The notes under the pieces were generated by a model. The model had not been told where the DNA came from. It did not search any database and was given only the letters and a program-made list of their open reading frames with translations. DNA of 64,000 bases from Candidatus Woesearchaeota archaeon (GTDB taxonomy: Archaea; Nanobdellota; Nanobdellia; Woesearchaeales; UBA11576): contig JABJCP010000009.1 in assembly GCA_018668595.1 (NCBI GenBank), positions 62,735 through 126,734 of the forward strand, written 5' to 3'. The position numbers and the translations under genes are program-made. Of this stretch, positions 50,255-58,412 are shown piece after piece; the stretch's first letter is position 1; each line of letters begins with the position of its first letter.

Positions 50255-50737
50255 ATGAATGATAAAATTAAAGAGCATCTAAAATATGTCAATTTCCAAA
50301 AAAATAAAGAAACATTGTCATCCTCTCTAGATAATAAAGTCGAAGTTGAAGATATTGTTGTTAAAAAAAGATCGTTAAAACCAGGATTATTATATATTCA
50401 AATTGGTCAGTATGGAACTTTTCATAGTAAAGGCAAATACGAAGCGGATAATAATTCTCATAACGGTCTCGAAGTACATGTTTCAGATGGGGTGCATGAT
50501 TATTATTTAGTTACGGGCGTTTGTGAAGAAAGTGCAAAAGAAAAAAACCAGGGTTGTCCAGGAGTTTGTAAAATTAACCTGCCTGGCGGACATTATGCGG
50601 TAGAGACATCTTATAACGGACCTTATAAAAAAAAGATAACTGTGGATGGAGATACAAAATTATATATTCACATTAAGAGCAAGCTTAGAAAAAAATCTGT
50701 AAAGAGAGTTGAGACAGGAGATAAGAAAAATGACTGA
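50255..50737 (+). CDS. Hypothetical protein with N-terminal motif MNDKIKEHLK
   Basis: A member of the N-motif family. Confidence 0.4.
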   Translation: MNDKIKEHLKYVNFQKNKETLSSSLDNKVEVEDIVVKKRSLKPGLLYIQIGQYGTFHSKGKYEADNNSHNGLEVHVSDGVHDYYLVTGVCEESAKEKNQGCPGVCKINLPGGHYAVETSYNGPYKKKITVDGDTKLYIHIKSKLRKKSVKRVETGDKKND

Positions 50738-51194
50738 TAAAATAAAAGAAAAATTAAAAAGTGAAAAACCACCAGAACCAATACCTACTTATCAAAAAAA
50801 AGATATTCAATATATCTCGACACCAATAGATAAAAAAACAGATTTAGGAAAACTTGAAGTTATGGTTTGCAAAGATTTTATGGATTGGACAGGAGATATA
50901 AAATCAAGTAAAACTGTTAGAGATTTTATGAAAAACTTTGCAAGTGTAAAACCTGGAATTGTCGTCGAGGCAAAAAGTACTCACAACGAAAAAGATGTTT
51001 ATTATTTAAACACTAGGTGGGATGGTCGTTCTAAAGTAAAAATCCCTACAGGCAATTATACAATTACTGCAATACTTGATGATAAATCTTATAGTAATCC
51101 TTCTAAGCACGCCACTGTTTACAAAGGAAAAAAAACAGAAGTAACTTTCACCATAAAAAAAGAAGACTTTCAAATCGAAAAAAAATATACCTAG
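50730..51194 (+). CDS. Hypothetical protein with N-terminal motif MTDKIKEKLK
   Basis: ATG 50730 follows a CAGGAGA SD. The track used an upstream TTG. Confidence 0.4.
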   Translation: MTDKIKEKLKSEKPPEPIPTYQKKDIQYISTPIDKKTDLGKLEVMVCKDFMDWTGDIKSSKTVRDFMKNFASVKPGIVVEAKSTHNEKDVYYLNTRWDGRSKVKIPTGNYTITAILDDKSYSNPSKHATVYKGKKTEVTFTIKKEDFQIEKKYT

Positions 51195-51197
51195 AAA

Positions 51198-51608
51198 ATG
51201 ACAGATCCAATTTTAGAAAAACTAAAAGGAAATATTATTCCTAGTGAAGAACCAGTATTAAAAGATCCTTACAAACCAAATCCTGCTAATGTAGCTGTTG
51301 AAGTAAATACTATTGAAACTAAAGTTGGAGAATTATTTAGTTTTGAAAATACAACGCCTGTACATTGCAAACAAACTTTAATTTATGAAAAAGGACTTTT
51401 CGAACTTGTTAATATTGATAAATCTCCTGTTTTAATTAATGGAGAACTTGTTTGTGGTCCTGGTCCCATCCACAAATACAATTTCAAAGCTAAACAACTT
51501 GGGAACTATTGTATAACTTGTGCTGATATCGACGGGACAAATGGTATGATATATAATTTAAATGTTTATGAAATTAATATTGCTAAAATAGATAAAAAGA
51601 GGGGTTAA
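51198..51608 (+). CDS. Hypothetical protein with N-terminal motif MTDPILEKLK
   Basis: A member of the N-motif family. Confidence 0.4.
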   Translation: MTDPILEKLKGNIIPSEEPVLKDPYKPNPANVAVEVNTIETKVGELFSFENTTPVHCKQTLIYEKGLFELVNIDKSPVLINGELVCGPGPIHKYNFKAKQLGNYCITCADIDGTNGMIYNLNVYEINIAKIDKKRG

Positions 51609-51720
51609 AATATTTTCTTTTCTCCGTCGTAAATTTAAAAAATCTGAGTTAAAGATTTCTAAAAAAGTTCTAAAAGATTTAGATTCAGAACTCAAAGAAT
51701 TAGATTCTGAATATGGCGAT

Positions 51721-52770
51721 ATGGATGCATATTGTAAATATAATGGAGTTTTAAAAAAAACAATAGGCATTATTGATAATTATTATGAAAATAATAAACA
51801 ACTAGAGTCTCGAGTTAAAGAGTTAGAAAAAAAATTAGACAGAAATAATGTTGCGTTAACATCGGATCAAGATCATGCAAATCCTACTAAGGTTCATTTA
51901 TCTACTAAATTATTTTTGATTTCTGCAGTAGTAGTAGTTTTATCCGCTGGAGGGTATGTAGCACATTCTGCATATAATGAGTTTTTAGAGTCGCAAGCAT
52001 CTGAGAAAACTTTAACAGAAGAATCAATTAATTTTAATTCAACAGAATATTCAACTTGGTTTTCGCAAATAAAAAATATTTTAGAACCAACTAATCTCCA
52101 AGACGAATCTTCTTCTAAAAATAAAACTAAGATTACTCCAACCTATACTTCTGATCGACCACTGCCGGTTCTTGTTAAACCCCCTGCAAAACCACTTGCT
52201 GTTCTTGAACAAGAAAACAATACAAAACCACTTAATGTTTCTGAAAAAGAAAACCATTCTCATAAAAATAAATCAACTAATAATTATCCAAAAAAGTTTG
52301 ATAAATCAGTTATCAAACAAAAACAATCCAAGACTAAAAAAATAGTGACTTATTCTTCTAACGAAAAACACATAGAATCTCTTATTGGTAGATTCTTTAA
52401 AGATGTTGAAAACAGGAATTTCAAAGCAACTAGTGATTATTTTTCTTGTGTGAGAAAGAGAGGTGCGGATTATAATTTTCCTGAACGGTTAGTTAAACGA
52501 TTTGATAATGAAGATGAACTTTATTTTTACAAAAGAGCAATTGTGCGCAATGTCGATGAAGAACATAATAGAAATCCTTATGTTAGTGGCAAAATTTACA
52601 ATGCTAAATTAAAAGTACAATTAACATCGTCAAATGATTCTTATTATCATGAATCTCTTGGTTGGATTTTTGCAAATTGTAAAAATCAACAAGAAAAACC
52701 AAAAGAAGGAGATTGTAAATTATTGGTTTACAAAAGTTACTTGACTAATTGTCCTGAGTTTACTTTTTAA
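51721..52770 (+). CDS. Hypothetical membrane-anchored protein
   Basis: It has one TM segment (LFLISAVVVVLSAGGYVAH). Confidence 0.35.
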   Translation: MDAYCKYNGVLKKTIGIIDNYYENNKQLESRVKELEKKLDRNNVALTSDQDHANPTKVHLSTKLFLISAVVVVLSAGGYVAHSAYNEFLESQASEKTLTEESINFNSTEYSTWFSQIKNILEPTNLQDESSSKNKTKITPTYTSDRPLPVLVKPPAKPLAVLEQENNTKPLNVSEKENHSHKNKSTNNYPKKFDKSVIKQKQSKTKKIVTYSSNEKHIESLIGRFFKDVENRNFKATSDYFSCVRKRGADYNFPERLVKRFDNEDELYFYKRAIVRNVDEEHNRNPYVSGKIYNAKLKVQLTSSNDSYYHESLGWIFANCKNQQEKPKEGDCKLLVYKSYLTNCPEFTF

Positions 52771-52790
52771 AAATTTAAGGAGATAAAAAA

Positions 52791-54095
52791 ATGAATATTC
52801 CAAAAACAATTTTAGAGGATTTTAAACTTTGTGGAGAACCTTTTATTATTCGCTCTAATAGAATTTATACTTTAGAGTCTGCTCAAGGAGTATTTGACAA
52901 CAATGATTTTATTCAGTTTCTCGACAAAAAATATCCTTTGGAGAAATCTTTGTTAATTTCCAATTTAGAAAATCGTTATTTTTCTTTAAATGAAAAATAC
53001 ATTAATAGTTATTTGCAACACATCATTAAAAGAGATTATGTGAGTAAAGTAGAATCATCTCACGCAGCGTTGATTTCGCAGCACAATATTTATGAGCAAA
53101 ATAAATTATCTTCTGTTGAACATTTTATCAGATCGCAGGTTGTTCCACAATACGCAGAACTTGCTAAAGATTTTTTCCAGGTTAATTCAGATGTTCCTTC
53201 AAAGCCTAAAAAAATAAAAACTGTTAGTTCTGAAACATTTGATCCTGATATGTTTCGTTTTCCAGATATTTCTGATCTCTATTCAGAAAAAAGCATTCTT
53301 GAATCTGTGATGGGTTCATTTGTTAATTCAGATTTTATTTTTACTCTTGGTGGAAGATGCTATGTTTCGTCTACTTATGATAATTCTCCTTCAGAATTAG
53401 TAAAAATAAACAATAAAGTTCATTCATTAAAATATTTAAGTTCACTTAGTAATCTTGATAAGAATTATAAAACTGCAATAATCAGAAAGTTAAATTCTGT
53501 TGCAAAAAATCATGGAGAACAACTTATTCCTAAGATTCAAAAAAATTTAGATCAAATAAAAAATCTTGAATCTGCATTTGAGGTTCAAGATAAAACTGAT
53601 TTTGGTTCAATTGGTTACCAAAAAGTTAATAATGATAAATATAGAATTTACATTAATATAGTCCCTTTTATTGCTAAAATGAGGGGTAAATTTTTTCATT
53701 TTATAAAAACTAAAGTTGGAACTGATTTTTTAATTAAAAATAATTCTTTAGAAATTTTATCTGCACCTGTAGTTATTGAAAAAGAGCGCTATTATCATCC
53801 TTTTGTTAGTTCTAGTAATAGTATGTGTTATGGAGGTAATAAACGTTGGAAATTTACAGGTGTTGAGTTTTGTAAAAAGTATCATTTAGACTCAAAAGAA
53901 AATAGGCAAATTGCAGGTTATAAAGTCGCAGCAGTTTTGGCTGAAGGGTGGAAAGTTATTCATAGAGGGTATTTGAAATCAAATTCTCCAGATACTTATC
54001 ATCCCATATCTCATTTTCAAAATCGTGAAGTTTCAAAGCAAGCGGCAGATAATTTAGTAAACAGTGGTTTGAAACTTTATGTTCAGGATGAGTGA
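52791..54095 (+). CDS. E2/UBC-like protein, paralog 1, with a long N-terminal domain
   Basis: The C-terminal motif YYHPFVSSSNSMCYGG has the same H-P-x-[VI]-x5-[IM]-C spacing as the UBC active site HPNI-x5-IC. It is paralogous to 58413..59702. Confidence 0.45.
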   Translation: MNIPKTILEDFKLCGEPFIIRSNRIYTLESAQGVFDNNDFIQFLDKKYPLEKSLLISNLENRYFSLNEKYINSYLQHIIKRDYVSKVESSHAALISQHNIYEQNKLSSVEHFIRSQVVPQYAELAKDFFQVNSDVPSKPKKIKTVSSETFDPDMFRFPDISDLYSEKSILESVMGSFVNSDFIFTLGGRCYVSSTYDNSPSELVKINNKVHSLKYLSSLSNLDKNYKTAIIRKLNSVAKNHGEQLIPKIQKNLDQIKNLESAFEVQDKTDFGSIGYQKVNNDKYRIYINIVPFIAKMRGKFFHFIKTKVGTDFLIKNNSLEILSAPVVIEKERYYHPFVSSSNSMCYGGNKRWKFTGVEFCKKYHLDSKENRQIAGYKVAAVLAEGWKVIHRGYLKSNSPDTYHPISHFQNREVSKQAADNLVNSGLKLYVQDE

Positions 54096-54206
54096 GACAG
54101 TCTTATTAATCTTAATCACATCGTCGGAACTCTTTCGGTTTTTTCTACAAAACTCTTATTAAATAAATCTTCATAAAATCATTTAATAAAACAGGGGGCT
54201 AACAAA

Positions 54207-54626
54207 ATGAGCTTACTATATTTAAGATTAGACGCATCTTTTGCAGAGACTACAACTCTTGTGAAAAGAATTCCAGAATCAAAGCTTGACGAAACAATAG
54301 AGTCTCTTATTTTGTACATGTGTGATACTTCTCCAGATGTTCTTAATCCAGAACTAATAGATCATGCGAATAGTTGTTATTCTTTTAAAGAAGTTAGGTT
54401 GGCACAAAATATAGAAGATAGTATTGAAACAATTCAAGAAGACAACCCCGCATTTGTTTCGCCTTTAAAATTATATTCTCTTGTTGGGGATATTCCTGTT
54501 ATTATGGCATCTCACAAAACATTAGCAAATAAGTCTCTTGCAGAATATAAAAATAAAATCATAACAACAAAAAAATTAGATAATGAATCTTACAAAATAA
54601 TTGATTTGATATTAAAAACTGTTTAA
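54207..54626 (+). CDS. Ubl-like small protein, divergent copy with no C-terminal GG
   Basis: MSLLYLRLDASF...YMCDTSPDVLNPEL...SCYSFKEV aligns with the other small paralogs. Confidence 0.4.
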   Translation: MSLLYLRLDASFAETTTLVKRIPESKLDETIESLILYMCDTSPDVLNPELIDHANSCYSFKEVRLAQNIEDSIETIQEDNPAFVSPLKLYSLVGDIPVIMASHKTLANKSLAEYKNKIITTKKLDNESYKIIDLILKTV

Positions 54627-54638
54627 GGTGGTTGGAAA

Positions 54639-55709
54639 ATGAATGAAATTAAAAAACTTGAAACTGTAATTGGCACAGAAGATGTTAAACTTAATGAAGA
54701 ATCTGTAATTGAAGATTTATTCGAACAGACAGGTAATTTTTTTAATGATGTGTTTATTAAAAGTAGGGTTGGGCCAAATACTAAATTAAATCATAAAAAA
54801 ATATCATCAAATAAATATTCTATTTCGATAGATTTAGAAGATTATATTCTTAAGAAGAATGATAGATATTTTAAGTTTGATAAAGTGACAATTGGCTTAG
54901 ATATTTTATTTGATAAAGAGTCAATTCAATTTTTAAGAGCTACTAAAATTAAATTAGGAAAAAAATATGATCATCCTTTTGTATTTAATGATAATTCTAT
55001 TTGTTATGGGGGTGGCTTAAGGTGGAGACTTGTTGGTGTTGATTTTGGAAAAAAATATTCTATTAAAACAGATGAAGAAAAAAATAATGCTGCTTGGAAA
55101 ACCTGTCTTGTTTTAACAGAAGGTGCTAAGGTGCTACACGAAGTACATGGTGATCAAGTCATACCTGTTAATAATTTAATGAATAGATTTTCTGATAGAG
55201 AAATATGTAAAAACAAAGCAGAATTATCTGGTTTAATTATTTATGGTGCTGAATCATCAACTAAAAAAACTCAGGAGTTACCTAACTCTAGTAATTTATA
55301 TATTAGATTGGACGGAGCTTTTGCAAACAAAGTTATTCTTGCAAAACGAGTTCCTGAAACAATTTTATCAGAGCCGTTGGATGAGGTTATTAGGTATATG
55401 TGTAATCCGACTTCGGATGAATTGAATGAAGAGCTCGAGGATAATCCTAGTAGTTGTTATACTGAACAAGAAGTTAGCACTGCGAAATTATTTCAAGAAG
55501 CATTTGATGAAGGAATTAATTCTCCGAATAAATCATTCGAGGTTCAGGCAATTAGTGTCGACGGAAATTCGCTGATTTATCTTGGCAGAGATGCTGATTT
55601 GAAAACTGTAACTCTCGATTCTAAACGTAGTGAAATTCTTATGGAAGAACATATCGATGAAGGAAATTATAATTTGATTGATCTTAAAGGAACTTATGTT
55701 AGTTGTTAA
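54639..55709 (+). CDS. Fusion protein with an E2/UBC-like core followed by a C-terminal Ubl-like domain
   Basis: The N-terminal part carries KYDHPFVFNDNSICYGGGLRWRLVGVDFGKKY. The C-terminal part (NLYIRLDGAFANKVILAKRVPET...) is about 80% identical to the free Ubl paralogs and ends ...DLKGTYVSC. Confidence 0.45.
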   Translation: MNEIKKLETVIGTEDVKLNEESVIEDLFEQTGNFFNDVFIKSRVGPNTKLNHKKISSNKYSISIDLEDYILKKNDRYFKFDKVTIGLDILFDKESIQFLRATKIKLGKKYDHPFVFNDNSICYGGGLRWRLVGVDFGKKYSIKTDEEKNNAAWKTCLVLTEGAKVLHEVHGDQVIPVNNLMNRFSDREICKNKAELSGLIIYGAESSTKKTQELPNSSNLYIRLDGAFANKVILAKRVPETILSEPLDEVIRYMCNPTSDELNEELEDNPSSCYTEQEVSTAKLFQEAFDEGINSPNKSFEVQAISVDGNSLIYLGRDADLKTVTLDSKRSEILMEEHIDEGNYNLIDLKGTYVSC

Positions 55710-55713
55710 TAAA

Positions 55714-56643
55714 ATGACTCGCGCTGCTATTTTAATCGGATCGTTGGAAAGTTTTCAAAAAGAGGAGTTTGCAGATCCTATGAAAGAATCTTTTGCAAAG
55801 ATTGGACTCGATTCAATTATTGTACCCTTAAATAAAATAGAAGAGTTAAATAAAGTAGATATTGTTTATACTCTGCCTCATAGTATTCAGGTTGATCTTT
55901 CGTTCTTAGATGAAAAAAATATTCCTATTATTAATTCGCATAGGTCTCATTCGCTTTCTAAAAATAAAATGGAAAGTAGTGATGTATTTATCAAAAATAA
56001 TATTCCAACTCCGGATACTATAACAACAGATTCTCAAGATGAATTAATTAATTTCATAAATAAACACAATAAAATTATTTTGAAGCAACCTGATATTTGT
56101 GCAGGCTATGGGCACATGATTGTTGAAAAAATCAATAACAATTATTTTGCATGGAATAATGATTCAAAAGGCGAGTTTGATTTTTCAAATCCTAATTTTG
56201 TTAAAGCAAATAAACGAGTTTTTGCACAGCCGTATTATGCACAAGATTTTATTTCTGATTTTAATCCTGATAATATTGTGTCTGTTTATAGAGCATATGT
56301 TATCGGAAATAATGTTCCTATGGCAACTGCAAGAGTTGGTAAAGATCAGCCCATTGTTAATGTTGCAAGGGGTGCACATTATGAATTTGTTACTCCTGAT
56401 AAAAAAATGAAAGAAATTGCATTAAAGACTGCAGATAGTATTGGTTTTGAAGTTGGAGTTGTTGATTTATTAAAAGATAAAAATCAAAATTATTTTGTTA
56501 TTGAATGCGATTGCGATGGTCTTACATTAGTTGTTTGTAGAAAGTTTAGAAAATTGAAAGAGTTTGAAGATAAATATGATTTTGATCAGCACATTGGCAG
56601 AAGATTAATTGAAATTGTAAATGGAGAATCTTATAGAACTTGA
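55714..56643 (+). CDS. ATP-grasp ligase (RimK-like)
   Basis: ILKQPDICAGYGHMIV fits vvKP..GS.G.GV. YRAYVIGNNVPMATARVGKDQPIVNVARGA fits the RimK D.Rv.vvG...a..R......tN...Gg pattern. EVGVVDLL...YFVIECD is also present. Confidence 0.55.
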   Translation: MTRAAILIGSLESFQKEEFADPMKESFAKIGLDSIIVPLNKIEELNKVDIVYTLPHSIQVDLSFLDEKNIPIINSHRSHSLSKNKMESSDVFIKNNIPTPDTITTDSQDELINFINKHNKIILKQPDICAGYGHMIVEKINNNYFAWNNDSKGEFDFSNPNFVKANKRVFAQPYYAQDFISDFNPDNIVSVYRAYVIGNNVPMATARVGKDQPIVNVARGAHYEFVTPDKKMKEIALKTADSIGFEVGVVDLLKDKNQNYFVIECDCDGLTLVVCRKFRKLKEFEDKYDFDQHIGRRLIEIVNGESYRT

Positions 56644-56650
56644 TTATTTC

Positions 56651-56779
56651 CTCGTCGGAACTCTTCCGCTTTTTAACATACAACCCTTATTAAATTCAAT
56701 ATTGCGTTTATATTTGTTTAGTGGGAGAACTTAAATTAAAAAGTAAAAATACATCTAAACTAGATTGAGATATACAAAA
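56651..56779 (+). promoter_or_regulatory. Conserved ~130-bp promoter/5'-leader module (copy 1) upstream of a Ubl gene, with three palindromes
   Basis: It contains CGGAActcTTCCG and TTTAGtgggagaaCtTAAA (imperfect in this copy), then CATCTAaacTAGATt immediately 5' of the start codon. Confidence 0.45.
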
Positions 56780-57205
56780 ATGAAAAATTTATACATTAGA
56801 TTAGACGGAGCTTTTGCAGATAAAGGCGTTCTTGCAAAAAAAGTTAGTGAGAATTTACTTTTAGAAACATTAGATACTGTTATTATGTGTATGTGTGACT
56901 CTACTCCTGATGAGTTTAATCATGAATTAGCTGAGAATCCTGGTAGTTGTTATACTGCGCAGGAAGTTAGAAAAGCCGAACTTATTGAAGAAGCACTAGA
57001 CGATGGACTTAATTATTGTATTACTGTTAAGGTTGATGCGCTTAGTGTAGGCGGAAATTCTTTAGTAGAACTTGGAAGAAATGGTGAACTAAGAACTGCT
57101 ACAATTGCCGATAAGAAAAATGAAATTCTTAGAAAACTTGATCTTGATGGTAAACAATATTATATTGTAGATCTTAAGATGTCTTATTTATGCCCTGGGG
57201 GTTAG
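56780..57205 (+). CDS. Ubl-like small protein ending in a free Gly-Gly (…YLCPGG*)
   Basis: It begins MKNLYIRLDGAFADKGVLAKKV and ends at stop TAG directly after GG. The start at 56780 was chosen by alignment with the paralogs; the track used an upstream TTG. Confidence 0.5.
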   Translation: MKNLYIRLDGAFADKGVLAKKVSENLLLETLDTVIMCMCDSTPDEFNHELAENPGSCYTAQEVRKAELIEEALDDGLNYCITVKVDALSVGGNSLVELGRNGELRTATIADKKNEILRKLDLDGKQYYIVDLKMSYLCPGG

Positions 57206-57216
57206 ATTCAAGTATC

Positions 57217-57350
57217 TCCTCGGAATCCTTCCGAATTTTAACACGTAATCATTATTAAATTCAATATTGATTTTATACTTATTTAGGGGGAAAACCTAAA
57301 TTATATGTAAAAAATAAAAATACATCTAAACTAGATGGATGCATATGAAA
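57217..57350 (+). promoter_or_regulatory. Promoter/5'-leader module, copy 2
   Basis: It contains CGGAAtccTTCCG, TTTAGGgggaaaaCCTAAA and CATCTAaacTAGATG (57323..57337). Confidence 0.45.
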
Positions 57351-57803
57351 ATGGAAAATTTATACATTAGATTAGACGGAACATTTGCAGATAAAGTTGT
57401 TTTTGCAAAACGAGTTTCTGAAACAATTTTATCAGAGCCGTTGGATGAGGTTATTAGGTATATGTGTGATTCTTCTCCTGATGATTTAAATAAAGAAATT
57501 GAAATAGATTATTGTTTTGATATGAATCAAGATTACATCAAAGACAGTGGTTATACAGCGCAGGAAGTTAATAATGCAAATATTATTGAACATTTTTTGA
57601 ATCAAGATATTAGATCGGACAATATTTGTGCAGAAATTCATGCTATTAGTAAGGATAAAAATTCGCTTGTTTATTTAGGTAAAACAAACAAGCTTAAAAA
57701 TGTTAATCTTGCTTCAAAAAAAAAATATTTGTTACAAAAAGAAAAAATAGGTGGCGAAAATTATTTCATTATTGACCTTAAGTTTAATTTGCTTTGCATG
57801 TAG
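57351..57803 (+). CDS. Ubl-like small protein with a divergent C-terminus (…LLCM*)
   Basis: It begins MENLYIRLDGTFADKVVFAKRVSETILSEPLDEVIRYMCD. The start was aligned to the paralog starts. Confidence 0.45.
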   Translation: MENLYIRLDGTFADKVVFAKRVSETILSEPLDEVIRYMCDSSPDDLNKEIEIDYCFDMNQDYIKDSGYTAQEVNNANIIEHFLNQDIRSDNICAEIHAISKDKNSLVYLGKTNKLKNVNLASKKKYLLQKEKIGGENYFIIDLKFNLLCM

Positions 57804-57842
57804 ATTGCAAGGTTTAGTATACTGCAGTTTTATTACTCTCTC

Positions 57843-57976
57843 CTCGGAACTCTTCCGCTTTTTAACACACAATCCTTATTAAATTCAATATAACATTTAT
57901 ACTTATTTAGGGGGAGAACCTAAATTATATGTAAAATAAGTAAAAATACATCTAGATTAGATGGAGGTATATAAAA
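57843..57976 (+). promoter_or_regulatory. Promoter/5'-leader module, copy 3
   Basis: It contains CGGAActcTTCCG, TTTAGGgggagaaCCTAAA and CATCTAgatTAGATG (57949..57963), followed by a GGAGG SD. Confidence 0.45.
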
Positions 57977-58411
57977 ATGGGAAATCTATACGTTAGATTG
58001 GATGGAGCTTTTGCAAACAAAGTTGTTCTTGCAAAAAAAGTTCCTGATACAAAGTTATCAGAACCGCTCGAAGATGTTATTAGGTATATGTGTGATCCAA
58101 CTCCGGACGCATTAAATGAAGCGCTTGCAGATAATCCTGGTAGTTGTTATACTGCGCAAGAAGTTAGCAATGCATCTTTGATTGAAGAAGCTTTAGAAGA
58201 TGGGCTTAATAGTGAGAATTCTTCGTTTGAAGTTCAAGCAGTTAGTCTTGACGGTAATTCAATGGTTTATCTTGGCAAGGATAATGAATTAAGAAGTGCA
58301 AATATAGCATCTAAGCAAAACGATATTCTTAGAGACGAAAATTTTGATGGAGAGGTTTACAAGCTTGTAGATCTTAAAGGAGTTTATGTTGGAGTTGGTG
58401 GTAAACTTTAA
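57977..58411 (+). CDS. Ubl-like small protein ending GG-KL (…VGVGGKL*), a precursor-like C-terminus
   Basis: It begins MGNLYVRLDGAFANKVVLAKKVPDTKLSEPLEDVIRYMCDPTPD. A GGAGG SD lies upstream. Confidence 0.5.
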   Translation: MGNLYVRLDGAFANKVVLAKKVPDTKLSEPLEDVIRYMCDPTPDALNEALADNPGSCYTAQEVSNASLIEEALEDGLNSENSSFEVQAVSLDGNSMVYLGKDNELRSANIASKQNDILRDENFDGEVYKLVDLKGVYVGVGGKL

Positions 58412-58412
58412 A

